Of a stretch of 64,000 nt of DNA, positions 8,393-16,506 are shown one piece after another; the first letter of the stretch is position 1, and the number at the start of each line of letters is the position of its first letter. A program made the translations under genes and the position numbers. The notes beneath the pieces were generated by a model. That model searched no databases, had not been told where the DNA came from, and was given only the letters and a program-made list of their open reading frames with translations. The DNA comes from Alphaproteobacteria bacterium (GTDB taxonomy: Bacteria > Pseudomonadota > Alphaproteobacteria > Bin95): positions 1,728,001-1,792,000 of the forward strand of contig CBDBGH010000003.1 in the NCBI GenBank assembly GCA_965205265.1. Direction: 5' to 3'.

Positions 8393-10528
8393 CTATCTCC
8401 GCCCGAACGCCGCCGGGTGAGGCGTCTCGTCGGCATCGTCGTCGGAGGCGGCAGGCCGCTGGATGACGAGGTCCACCACAAGGCACCCCAGCGGGCCCAC
8501 GCGCAGCCGGTCGCCCGGACCGATGACGGTCGTCGATTCCGGCTCTTCGATGACCGCAGGCCCGGCGATCTCCTGCCCGACGCGCAGCGCCGCGCGCTCA
8601 TACACCGGCGCCTGCTCCATGCCGGAGCCGGCCGGGACATGGATGTCCCGCCATGCCTTGGGCGCGGCGTCGGCCGGCGCCGGCGGCCGCGCGATGGCGA
8701 GCGCGGGCGGGGGCTGGCTCGCATGCACCCTTATGCTTGCGAGTTCGACGGGATTGTCGTCGTCCACCTTGCCGTAATGCGAACGATAAAGCGCCTCGAA
8801 GCGCGCCTCCCAGTCGCCTTTCGTCGAGGGGGCGTCGCACGGTCCGGAGACCTCAATCTCAAGCGGGTAGTCCTGGCCCGAATAGCGCAGATCGACGCTG
8901 CGGCGCAGAATGGCGGCGGCGCCGTCCGGCATCAGCTCTCCGGCCTCGGCTTCGAGCGCGCGGAAACCGGCTTCGAGCGCGGCCGGGTCCACCGCTTTCA
9001 GGATCCGCCTCACGGCGCGGCTCCGCTCGAACGCGACCGGGGCGGCAAGCAGTCCGAGCGACGACATGACGCCCGAATGGGGCGGCACGACGAGGCGCGG
9101 GCAGCCGAGCTTGCGGGCGAGCCCGGCCGCGTGAACGGGCCCGGCCCCGCCGAACGCGACCAGCGAGAGTTCGGGCGGCGCCTTGCCCTTCTCGGCGCAA
9201 TAGATTCGGGCCGCCGCCGCCATGTTCTCGTTGACGATCTCGTGAATCCCCGCCGCCGCTTCGAGAGGCGTGAGGCCGGTCGCTTCCGCAAGATGCGTCC
9301 CGACGGCCCGCTCCGCCGCAGCCCGGTCGAGCGCCATGCGCCCGCCCAGGAAGTAGTCGGGGTTGAGGTAGCCGAGCGCGAGGTCCGCATCCGTCACCGT
9401 CGGCGCCGCGCCGCCCAGGCCGTAGCATGCGGGTCCGGGCGTCGAACCGGCGCTGTCGGGTCCGACCCGGATGAGGCCGAGATCGTCGACGCGGGCAATG
9501 CTGCCGCCTCCCGCCCCGATTTCGAGCAGGTCATAGACCGGCACCGCTGCGGGGAGGCCGCTCCCGGACTTGAACCGGTGCTGGCGGTCCACCTCGTAGC
9601 TACGGGTCCGCGCGGCCCGGCCGTCCTCGATGATGCAGAGCTTCGCCGTCGTTCCGCCCATGTCGAACGACAACAGGTTGTCGATCCCCGCGAGACGCCC
9701 GAAATAAGCCGCCGCCTCGACCCCGGCGGCCGGTCCCGATTCGACGATCTGGACCGGCACCCGTTTTGCCGTCTCGACCGTTGCGGTGCCGCCGTTCGAC
9801 AGCATGACGAACAGCCGGTTCCGGTAGCCGCGCCCGGCCAGCCCTTCCGCCAGCCGCTCCAGATAGCCCTCCGCCACCGCCTTGACATAGGCGTCGAGCA
9901 CGGTGGTCGAGGTGCGTTCGTATTCCTTGGGCTCGGGATGCACCTCATGCGACAGCGACAGGGTGGCGGCCGGAAGCTCCTCGCGCAGGATTGCCGCCGC
10001 GCGGCGCTCATGGACGCTGTTGCGGTAGGAATGGAGGAACGAGACCGCGACCGCCCCGACGCCCTCGCCGCGGAAGACGGCCGCCGCCCGGCGGACGGCC
10101 GCTTCGTCAAGCGGAAGGAGCACCCTGCCGTCCGCCAGCACCCGTTCCGGAACGCCGAGCCGCAGCCGGCGGGGAACCAGCGGCTCGGGCAGGCGGATGA
10201 ACATGTCGTAAATGTCGTAGCGGACCTCCCGGGCCAGTTCGAGGATGTCGCGGAAGCCTTCGGTCGTGAGCAGTCCGGTCTTCGCCCCCTTGCGTTCGAG
10301 GATGGTGTTGGTGACGAGGGTCGTCGCGTGGATCGCCTCGGAAGTCCGGCCCAGCAGGCCGGGAATCGCGCCGGAGAGGTCGGCGATGCCGCGCATGACC
10401 GACTCCTCGGGCGCCTGTGCGGAGGTCAGGGTCTTCCCGACCCGGATAGTGCCGTCGGCGTCGTTGACCGCCGCGAAGTCGGAAAAGGTCCCGCCGATGT
10501 CGATGCCGAGGCGATAGCTGGCGGTCAT
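8393..10528 (-). CDS. Hydantoinase A/oxoprolinase family protein
   Basis: GIDIGGTFSD, HATTLVTN, ESGPAAG, DMGGTT, IGAGGGS, FGGAGP.H; start MTASYRL. Confidence 0.92.
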   Translation of the reverse strand: MTASYRLGIDIGGTFSDFAAVNDADGTIRVGKTLTSAQAPEESVMRGIADLSGAIPGLLGRTSEAIHATTLVTNTILERKGAKTGLLTTEGFRDILELAREVRYDIYDMFIRLPEPLVPRRLRLGVPERVLADGRVLLPLDEAAVRRAAAVFRGEGVGAVAVSFLHSYRNSVHERRAAAILREELPAATLSLSHEVHPEPKEYERTSTTVLDAYVKAVAEGYLERLAEGLAGRGYRNRLFVMLSNGGTATVETAKRVPVQIVESGPAAGVEAAAYFGRLAGIDNLLSFDMGGTTAKLCIIEDGRAARTRSYEVDRQHRFKSGSGLPAAVPVYDLLEIGAGGGSIARVDDLGLIRVGPDSAGSTPGPACYGLGGAAPTVTDADLALGYLNPDYFLGGRMALDRAAAERAVGTHLAEATGLTPLEAAAGIHEIVNENMAAAARIYCAEKGKAPPELSLVAFGGAGPVHAAGLARKLGCPRLVVPPHSGVMSSLGLLAAPVAFERSRAVRRILKAVDPAALEAGFRALEAEAGELMPDGAAAILRRSVDLRYSGQDYPLEIEVSGPCDAPSTKGDWEARFEALYRSHYGKVDDDNPVELASIRVHASQPPPALAIARPPAPADAAPKAWRDIHVPAGSGMEQAPVYERAALRVGQEIAGPAVIEEPESTTVIGPGDRLRVGPLGCLVVDLVIQRPAASDDDADETPHPAAFGRR

Positions 10529-10641
10529 GCGGCGAGTCCCGATGTTCGCGGCGTCCGGGGCGGTGCGCCGCCGCCGGCGATTTGCCCGGCATCCGACTGT
10601 AACAATGCAGCATTCGGCCGGGCAAGCAAGCGAATTGTTCC

Positions 10642-10698
10642 AAATATTCGAGTAATATTTCTCCATAGGGATTGCATTTTCAGAAAGTGTGCTATGAT
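10642..10698 (+). promoter_or_regulatory. AT-rich palindrome plus candidate extended -10 promoter
   Basis: AAATATT-cgagt-AATATTT (10642-10660); TTGCAT (10672) and TGcTATGAT (10690-10698) in an otherwise GC-rich context. Confidence 0.45.
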
Positions 10699-10957
10699 GG
10701 GTCCGAGGGAAGCGGCGTCCATGGACCGCTTCCCGCCCGCGCCGGTCCGGTGCGGCACGACCCCGATCCAGCCGACAGGTGAAGTGTGTCCTGTGCCCGC
10801 CTCGCGCGCGGGCAATCAGGCGCGCGAACCGCGCCGCCGCGAAACGCCCGCCCGCCCGCGCACAGGCGCCCGCGCAGGATGACGCGCGAATAAGGGTCGC
10901 TCCGGTGCCGGGGCGGTGTGCCGGATGAACATGAGACGAAACCAAGGAGCCGCACCC

Positions 10958-11869
10958 ATGCCCGCGCTCGACCCGACCCTCTCCCTCTCCTCCCGCCAGG
11001 AAGCCTTCTGCCGCCACTACACAGCCTCCGGCAATGCCGCAGACGCCGCAAGGCGCGCCGGCTATGCCGAACGCTCCGCAAGGCAGACCGGCTCCGCTCT
11101 GCTGGAACGCCCCTGGATCGTCGAGCGGGTGCGGCGCATCCGCATGTCGTGGCGGCGCACCGAGCGGGACGAGGCGCAGATCGTGCTCGCCCGTCTGGAG
11201 CAGGCCTGGGATGCGGCGGTCGCCAGCGGGTCCGCCTACATGATGGTCCGGATCGTCCGCTTCCAGGCGGAGATTGCGGGGCTGACGCAGCCCGCCAACC
11301 GGGCGGCGCTCTGGTCGATGCCGGAGGAGGACGAGTTCGGGGAGATCGAGGCCGGCGAGGCGCAGGAGGCCGGCACCGTGCCGGGACCCCTCGCCGAAGC
11401 CGTGCGCAATGGCCGTGCCCGCGCCGAGCGCGCCCTTGCCCGCCATTGCGGGAACAGGGAGGCGATGGAGGCAGGGGAAGGCTTCGACAGAGCCGCCCAT
11501 GCCATGACCGCCGAACGGCTCATGGCGGCCGTCGAGGAGCGCGAGAGCCTGCCCGTCTGCTTCGACCCGCCGCCGCCTCCGGCAAACGACCTGCCCCTCG
11601 CTGACGACCCGCCCGAAGACACCTACGACCCCGAGCGGTTCCCCGGCGAGTGGGCCGACGGCGACCGCCCGGGCGAGGAGGAGAGGGCCGAGGGCGCGGA
11701 GACCGACTGGCTCTACCAGCGCCGCAACGACTATGCCGAGATCCACGACCCCTGGTCGCCGGAAAACATCGAACGCCGCCAGGCCGACAGCCTCAACCGG
11801 CTCGAGAATGGGCCGCCCTTCAACCCGCCCGACAACGCCGGTTTCGCACCCGATCATGACAAAACATGA
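10958..11869 (+). CDS. Orphan phage terminase small subunit-like HTH protein with acidic/Pro-rich C-terminal extension
   Basis: LSSRQEAFCRHY..SGNAADAARRAGYAERSARQTGSALL matches the TerS N-terminal HTH pattern; SD AAGGAG at 10944-10949. Confidence 0.75.
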   Translation: MPALDPTLSLSSRQEAFCRHYTASGNAADAARRAGYAERSARQTGSALLERPWIVERVRRIRMSWRRTERDEAQIVLARLEQAWDAAVASGSAYMMVRIVRFQAEIAGLTQPANRAALWSMPEEDEFGEIEAGEAQEAGTVPGPLAEAVRNGRARAERALARHCGNREAMEAGEGFDRAAHAMTAERLMAAVEERESLPVCFDPPPPPANDLPLADDPPEDTYDPERFPGEWADGDRPGEEERAEGAETDWLYQRRNDYAEIHDPWSPENIERRQADSLNRLENGPPFNPPDNAGFAPDHDKT

Positions 11870-11881
11870 CATCCCATGACA
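11855..11881 (+). repeat. Three CATGACA heptamers with 10-bp period
   Basis: CATGACA at 11855, 11865 and 11875, overlapping the stop codon. Confidence 0.8.
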
Positions 11882-11897
11882 CGGCGCCGGAAGGTCG

Positions 11898-11958
11898 TCC
11901 CGGCCTGCACCGCTTTCGCGAGGGCAGGCGAGTGGGGGCGCTGCGGGGAAGGCCGGGA
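11898..11958. repeat. REP-like hairpin sharing a 22-bp exact match with 23876-23897
   Basis: CCGCTTTCGCGAGGGCAGGCGA (11910-11931) is the reverse complement of 23876-23897; outer stem TCCCGGCCT/AGGCCGGGA. Confidence 0.7.
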
Positions 11959-12024
11959 GGGGGTCGGCGGCCGTGCGGCCTGGCTAATCCTGGCCGGGTC
12001 GGGCCAGGGCCCTGCAGTGAAAGC

Positions 12025-12819
12025 TCAGGGGTCGAGCGTAAGTGCGACGCGGAAACCGTTGATGTAATAGGCGCGCTCTTCCGAACTCGTCCTGAAGCGG
12101 GTGGCGGAGCGCAGCGATTCGGGGCCGTTCAGCCAGGAGCCGCCCCGCAGCACCCGCCAGTTGCAGTCGCCCGAAAGCCGCGCGCTCCCGTCCGCCGGCG
12201 CACCGGCATGGCCCGGGTTCCAGCAATCCTCGACCCACTCCCACACATTGCCGTGCATGTCGTGGAGGCCGAAGGCGTTGGGCGGATAGGACCCGGCGGG
12301 CTTCGTGCCGCCGCTGCTGTAATTCGCCCGGTCCGGGTCGAGCCGGCCGCCGGTGTGATACGGCCCCGCCGTGCCGGCGCGGGCGGCATATTCCCACTCC
12401 GCTTCCGTCGGCAGGCGGTAGTCCCGGCCCGTCCGGTGCGACAGCCATTCGGCATAGGCCTTCGCATCGAGCCACGACACATGGACGACGGGCTGCCGGC
12501 CCCGGCCCCAGGGCGCGGAGGGGCTGTAGCCGCCGCAGCCGCCGCCGGCGAGGCAGGCATCCCACTCCGCGAAGGTCACTTCACGAACGCCGACCGCCAG
12601 CCGGCGGGCGATCCCGATCCGGCGCGCCGGGGTTTCATGCTCGCGATGCGCGCCTTCCCATGCGGGCGAGCCCATGATGAAACTGCCTTCCGGCAGCACG
12701 ACCATCTCCGGGCATTCCGGGCAGTCGCGGAACCGCTCTCCCGCTTGCTGGGCCAGCGCCGGTTGCGTTGTCCAGACCATAGCCGCAGCAGCGAATGCCA
12801 GGAGGAGGCGCCGTGTCAT
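12025..12819 (-). CDS. Secreted formylglycine-generating enzyme (SUMF1/FGE-sulfatase domain) family protein
   Basis: Signal peptide MTRRLLLAFAAAA; FRDCPECPEM, YRLPTEAEWEYAARAG, NAFGLHDMHGNVWEW, RGGSW, GFRVA. Confidence 0.92.
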   Translation of the reverse strand: MTRRLLLAFAAAAMVWTTQPALAQQAGERFRDCPECPEMVVLPEGSFIMGSPAWEGAHREHETPARRIGIARRLAVGVREVTFAEWDACLAGGGCGGYSPSAPWGRGRQPVVHVSWLDAKAYAEWLSHRTGRDYRLPTEAEWEYAARAGTAGPYHTGGRLDPDRANYSSGGTKPAGSYPPNAFGLHDMHGNVWEWVEDCWNPGHAGAPADGSARLSGDCNWRVLRGGSWLNGPESLRSATRFRTSSEERAYYINGFRVALTLDP

Positions 12820-13028
12820 CGCCGCCCCTCCTCCCGCGCCGCAAGCAGGGCCAATGCTTCCGTTTCGGCAAGGCCGTCCTCTTCCACCGCGACCAGCACC
12901 GCCTCCGCCGACAGGTTTTCCGGGGCATCGTTGAGCGCCGCCCGCAGTCCTGGCGGCAATGCGTCGTAAGCCGCCATATCCGCCTTTGCCGCGGTCCGCC
13001 GGCCCGTCCTGTGGCGATTGGCGCTCAC
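12816..13028 (-). CDS. Small hypothetical protein (DUF6525-like)
   Basis: DMAAYDALPPGLRAAL motif; GTG start overlaps the sulfurtransferase stop and its stop overlaps the next ATG. Confidence 0.55.
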   Translation of the reverse strand: MSANRHRTGRRTAAKADMAAYDALPPGLRAALNDAPENLSAEAVLVAVEEDGLAETEALALLAAREEGRR

Positions 13029-13876
13029 CCGGTCTCCATCGGCAGGGACGGGTCGCGCGCCCATGCCTGGAGGGAATCGTCATAGACGGCGACATTCTCC
13101 TGCCCGAGCAGGTGGAGCGCCATGGCGCCGAGGCTGGCCGCGATGCCGCCGCCGCAATAGGTCACCACGCGCTCCGCTTCCAGCGCGCCGGCCTCATCGA
13201 ATTTCCGCCGCACCTGCGCCATCGGCAGCATCGCGCCGGTCGCCGGATCGACAAGGTCGCGGCTCGGCACATTGACCGTCCCGGCAATGCGCCCCGGCCT
13301 GCCGTAATGCTGCCCGCCGCCCGCATGCTGCTCGGCCGTCAGCGAGTTCAGCACCACGGCGCCCGGATCGGCAAGCGCCGCCTCGACCTCGCTTTGCCCC
13401 ACGAAATAGCCCGGCCGCCGCCTCGCCTCGAAGACCGCCGGCGCCGGCGTCTCGTTCCCTGCGGCAGTCGGGCGTCCTTCGGCCTGCCACTTGGCCCAGC
13501 CGCCGTCGAGCACCGCTGCGCGGTCGTGGCCGAATGCCTTCAGCATCCACCAGAGGCGCGGCGCCCAATGCGGGGTCCCGCCGGAATAGACCACAACGGC
13601 GCTCTCGTTGGAAACGCCGAGCGCCCCCATCGCCCGGCCGAAGCGCGCCTCGCCGGGCAGGGTGAAGCGGAGCCGGCTCTCCGGGTCGGAGAGGTCGTCG
13701 ATGAGATCCGCAAAGACAGCGCCCGGAATGTGGCCCGCGAGATAGTCTCCGCGCCCGCTCACGGCCCGCATGTTGCCGCCCGGCACGGGATGCAGATGGA
13801 CGGTTGCGTCGAGGATGCGAAGCGCCGGATCGCCCAGGCGCGCCGCCAGCCATTCCGTGGAGACGAATGCTTCCAT
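13025..13876 (-). CDS. Sulfurtransferase (tandem rhodanese, SseA-like)
   Basis: VSTEWL, GHIPGA, RLWW.L..FGH, LDGG..KW, active-site YCGGG, YD.S...W. Confidence 0.92.
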   Translation of the reverse strand: MEAFVSTEWLAARLGDPALRILDATVHLHPVPGGNMRAVSGRGDYLAGHIPGAVFADLIDDLSDPESRLRFTLPGEARFGRAMGALGVSNESAVVVYSGGTPHWAPRLWWMLKAFGHDRAAVLDGGWAKWQAEGRPTAAGNETPAPAVFEARRRPGYFVGQSEVEAALADPGAVVLNSLTAEQHAGGGQHYGRPGRIAGTVNVPSRDLVDPATGAMLPMAQVRRKFDEAGALEAERVVTYCGGGIAASLGAMALHLLGQENVAVYDDSLQAWARDPSLPMETG

Positions 13877-13922
13877 GAAGGCTACTCTAGCCCGGATTTC
13901 GGGCGGCAGGAACAGGCGGCAA

Positions 13923-14774
13923 GTGGACAGGGATGCGCGGCTGGGCGCGCTTTACATGGTGCTCAGCACCATCATCCTGACGGCGCAGGACGCCATCGCG
14001 AAATGGCTCACCGCCGACTACCATTCCGGCGAAATCCTGTTCTATCGCACGATTTCCGGCATGGCGGTCGTCGCCTGGCTGATGCGCAGGGACGGCGGTT
14101 GGCGGCTCGCCGTCCCGCGCGCCCCGACGCTCACCCTGCTGCGGGGCGTGCTCGCGGTCCTGTGCAGCCTCGTCATTGTCATGTCCTGGGCGGTGCTGCC
14201 GCTCGCGGACGCCATGGCCGTCGTGTTCGTCAGCCCCGTCATGCTGACGATCATGTCGGCGGTTTTGCTGAAGGAGCGCGTCGGCCCGCGCGGCTGGGCG
14301 GCGGTGCTGATCGGTTTCGCCGGCGTGCTGGTGATGATGCGCCCCGGCACTTCCGCGTTCCAGTGGGCGGTCATGGTGCCCATCGCGGCCGCCTTCATCT
14401 CGGCGGGCCGCGACGTCATTACCCGCAAGCTCGGGCCGCTGGAGGCCTCCACCACGATCTTCCTCTACAGCCAGGTCCTGACGCTGGCCGGGGGCGGCCT
14501 CAGCCTGTTCTGGGAGATGAACTGGCCCGGCTGGTTCGACTGGCTGCTGTTCGGCGCCGCGGGCGTGATGGCCGGCATCGCCCAATATCTCATCATCGCA
14601 TCCTTCCGCCTCGCGCCGGCCTCGCTCGTCTCGCCGCTGCGCTATCTCAGCCTGGTCTGGGCGGTCGGCTTCGGCTGGTGGCTCTGGGGCGACCTGCCCG
14701 ATGTGTGGATCGTCACGGGCGGCATCCTCGTCGTCATCGCCGCCATCCTGACAACGCGGCCCGGCCGGCCTTGA
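13923..14774 (+). CDS. DMT/EamA family transporter
   Basis: About ten hydrophobic segments, LL.ERVG..W, GFAGVL..RPG; start uncertain (GTG 13923 or ATG 13956). Confidence 0.85.
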   Translation: MDRDARLGALYMVLSTIILTAQDAIAKWLTADYHSGEILFYRTISGMAVVAWLMRRDGGWRLAVPRAPTLTLLRGVLAVLCSLVIVMSWAVLPLADAMAVVFVSPVMLTIMSAVLLKERVGPRGWAAVLIGFAGVLVMMRPGTSAFQWAVMVPIAAAFISAGRDVITRKLGPLEASTTIFLYSQVLTLAGGGLSLFWEMNWPGWFDWLLFGAAGVMAGIAQYLIIASFRLAPASLVSPLRYLSLVWAVGFGWWLWGDLPDVWIVTGGILVVIAAILTTRPGRP

Positions 14775-14822
14775 TTGCCGCCTGCCGCGAGGCCACGATG
14801 CCCGTGCGTCTTTGAGAGGAGC

Positions 14823-15608
14823 ATGCCGATGACTCTGCCCGAATTGCGCCGGTCCGGCCCGATCGCCTATCGCGAGGCAGGCGCGGGCCCCGCTCTCGTG
14901 CTGATGCACGGCATCGGCGGCAGCTCGAAGACCTGGGAGGAGCAATACCGGGCCTTCGCCGGCAACCACCGGGTCATCGGCTGGGACGCGCCCGGCTTCG
15001 GCGGCTCCGACCCGGCGCCGGAGGCGACCGCCGACTGCTGGGCCGACGAGGCGATGGACCTGATGGACCGGCTCGGCGTCGGGACGGCCGCCCTGGTCGG
15101 CCATTCCATGGGCGGGATCGTCGCGCCGCGCGTCGCCTCCCGCCATCCGGGCCGCATCGTCAGGCTCGTCCTGTCCGGGACGCGCGCCGGTTTCATTGGC
15201 GCCCTCGGGTTCGAAGAGCGCCTGCGCGAATTCGACACGCTCACGCCCGAGGAGCGGGGCAGGACGCGGGCCGCCACGATGGCTGCGCCGGGCGCTTCCC
15301 CGGAAGTCCTCGCGCGACTCGCCGGTATCGCGGGCGAAGTCACGCGGGAGGCGTTCGCCGGCGGCGTCGCCGTGCTGGAGGGGACGGACAATCGCGCCAT
15401 CCTGCAAGGGCTCCGCATGCCGGCGCTCGTGCTTTGCGGCATGGAGGACGGCATCGCGCCGCCCGAACGCGGCGAGGAAATCGCGTCGCTGTTGCCGGAT
15501 GTCCAGATGGCCTGTTTCGAGGGCGCCGGACACGCAGCCTATGTCGAGAAGCCGGACGAATACAATGCCCGGCTCGCGGAATTCCTGGCGGAGCAGCCCC
15601 ATGCTTGA
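14823..15608 (+). CDS. Alpha/beta fold hydrolase
   Basis: HGIGG, DAPGFGGS, GHSMGG nucleophile elbow, G..D, GAGH. Confidence 0.9.
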   Translation: MPMTLPELRRSGPIAYREAGAGPALVLMHGIGGSSKTWEEQYRAFAGNHRVIGWDAPGFGGSDPAPEATADCWADEAMDLMDRLGVGTAALVGHSMGGIVAPRVASRHPGRIVRLVLSGTRAGFIGALGFEERLREFDTLTPEERGRTRAATMAAPGASPEVLARLAGIAGEVTREAFAGGVAVLEGTDNRAILQGLRMPALVLCGMEDGIAPPERGEEIASLLPDVQMACFEGAGHAAYVEKPDEYNARLAEFLAEQPHA

Positions 15609-16497
15609 GACCCACGGACGCTACGACCATTCGAGCATCGTCTCGCGCCCGGTCTATGACTGGCCGGACGGAAACCGCCTCGCCGTCTATGTCGCGCTCA
15701 ATGTCGAGGTGTTCGCCTGGGGGCGCGGCAAGGGCGCAGGCGTCGCGCCGCCGGACCAGGCGGTCAGCGCGTCGGTTTATTCCTGGCGCGACTACGGCAA
15801 CCGCGTCGGCATCTGGCGGCTGTTCGAACTGTTCGATGCGCTCGACATTCCCTGCGAAGCGCAGATCAACACCGCCGTCTATGAGCATTGCCCGGACATA
15901 GCGGAGCGGCTTCGGGCGCGCGGCGACGAAATCCTGGGCCACGGCGTCACCAATTCGGACGAACAGGGCGGGCTGCCGGAGGACGAGGAGCGCGCGCATA
16001 TCGAGGAGGTGACGCGCGCGATTGTCGAGAACGAAGGCGCGCCGCCCACCGGCTGGATGAGTCCCTGGCTCTCCAACAGTCCGGTCACGCTCGACCTGCT
16101 CCAGGAAGCCGGCTACCGCTACGTGATGGACTGGACGCATGACGACCAGCCGGTCTGGATGCGGACCCGCTCAGGCGGGCGCATCCTTTCCATGCCCTAC
16201 CCCATCGAGACCAACGACAACCGCGCGCTCGTCTGGTTTCGATACTCGTCCGAAGAGTATGCCGGCATGCTGATCGACTGCTTCGACGAAATGCTGGACC
16301 AGTCCACCGCCATGCCGCTGGTCTTCCCGATCTCGCTGCATCCCTTCGTCGTCGGCCGGCCCTATCGCATGCGCGCGCTGCGCCGGGCGTTCGAGCATAT
16401 CGCCCGCCACCGGGACCGCATCTGGCTCACCCGCCCGGGCGACATCTGCCGCCATGTCGAGAGCCTGCCTTCCGGCACCGTGCCGGGCGATCGTTGA
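15601..16497 (+). CDS. Polysaccharide deacetylase family protein (PuuE-like)
   Basis: WPDG.RLAV, WRDYGNRVG.WR, GHG, GW.SP, HDDQP, LHPF..GRP.R. Confidence 0.85.
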   Translation: MLETHGRYDHSSIVSRPVYDWPDGNRLAVYVALNVEVFAWGRGKGAGVAPPDQAVSASVYSWRDYGNRVGIWRLFELFDALDIPCEAQINTAVYEHCPDIAERLRARGDEILGHGVTNSDEQGGLPEDEERAHIEEVTRAIVENEGAPPTGWMSPWLSNSPVTLDLLQEAGYRYVMDWTHDDQPVWMRTRSGGRILSMPYPIETNDNRALVWFRYSSEEYAGMLIDCFDEMLDQSTAMPLVFPISLHPFVVGRPYRMRALRRAFEHIARHRDRIWLTRPGDICRHVESLPSGTVPGDR

Positions 16498-16506
16498 ACG
16501 GGTCCG

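Noticed and set aside
7379-10882. Very long ORFs such as 7379-10882, 18231-21470, 42906-45479 and 57926-59995
   Set aside because: They are antisense shadows of well-supported genes, expected in high-GC DNA, and show no family motifs.
10921-10943. GGATGA...CGAAAC as a hammerhead ribozyme core
   Set aside because: It lacks the CUGANGA core and a proper stem II.
10529-11872. N-terminal extension of the 1159-aa ORF (8393-11872)
   Set aside because: Homology starts at MTASYRLGIDIGG (10528); the extension is antisense to the TerS-like gene.
10529-12024. Prophage around the TerS-like gene
   Set aside because: No other phage gene, integrase or att-like repeat is visible.
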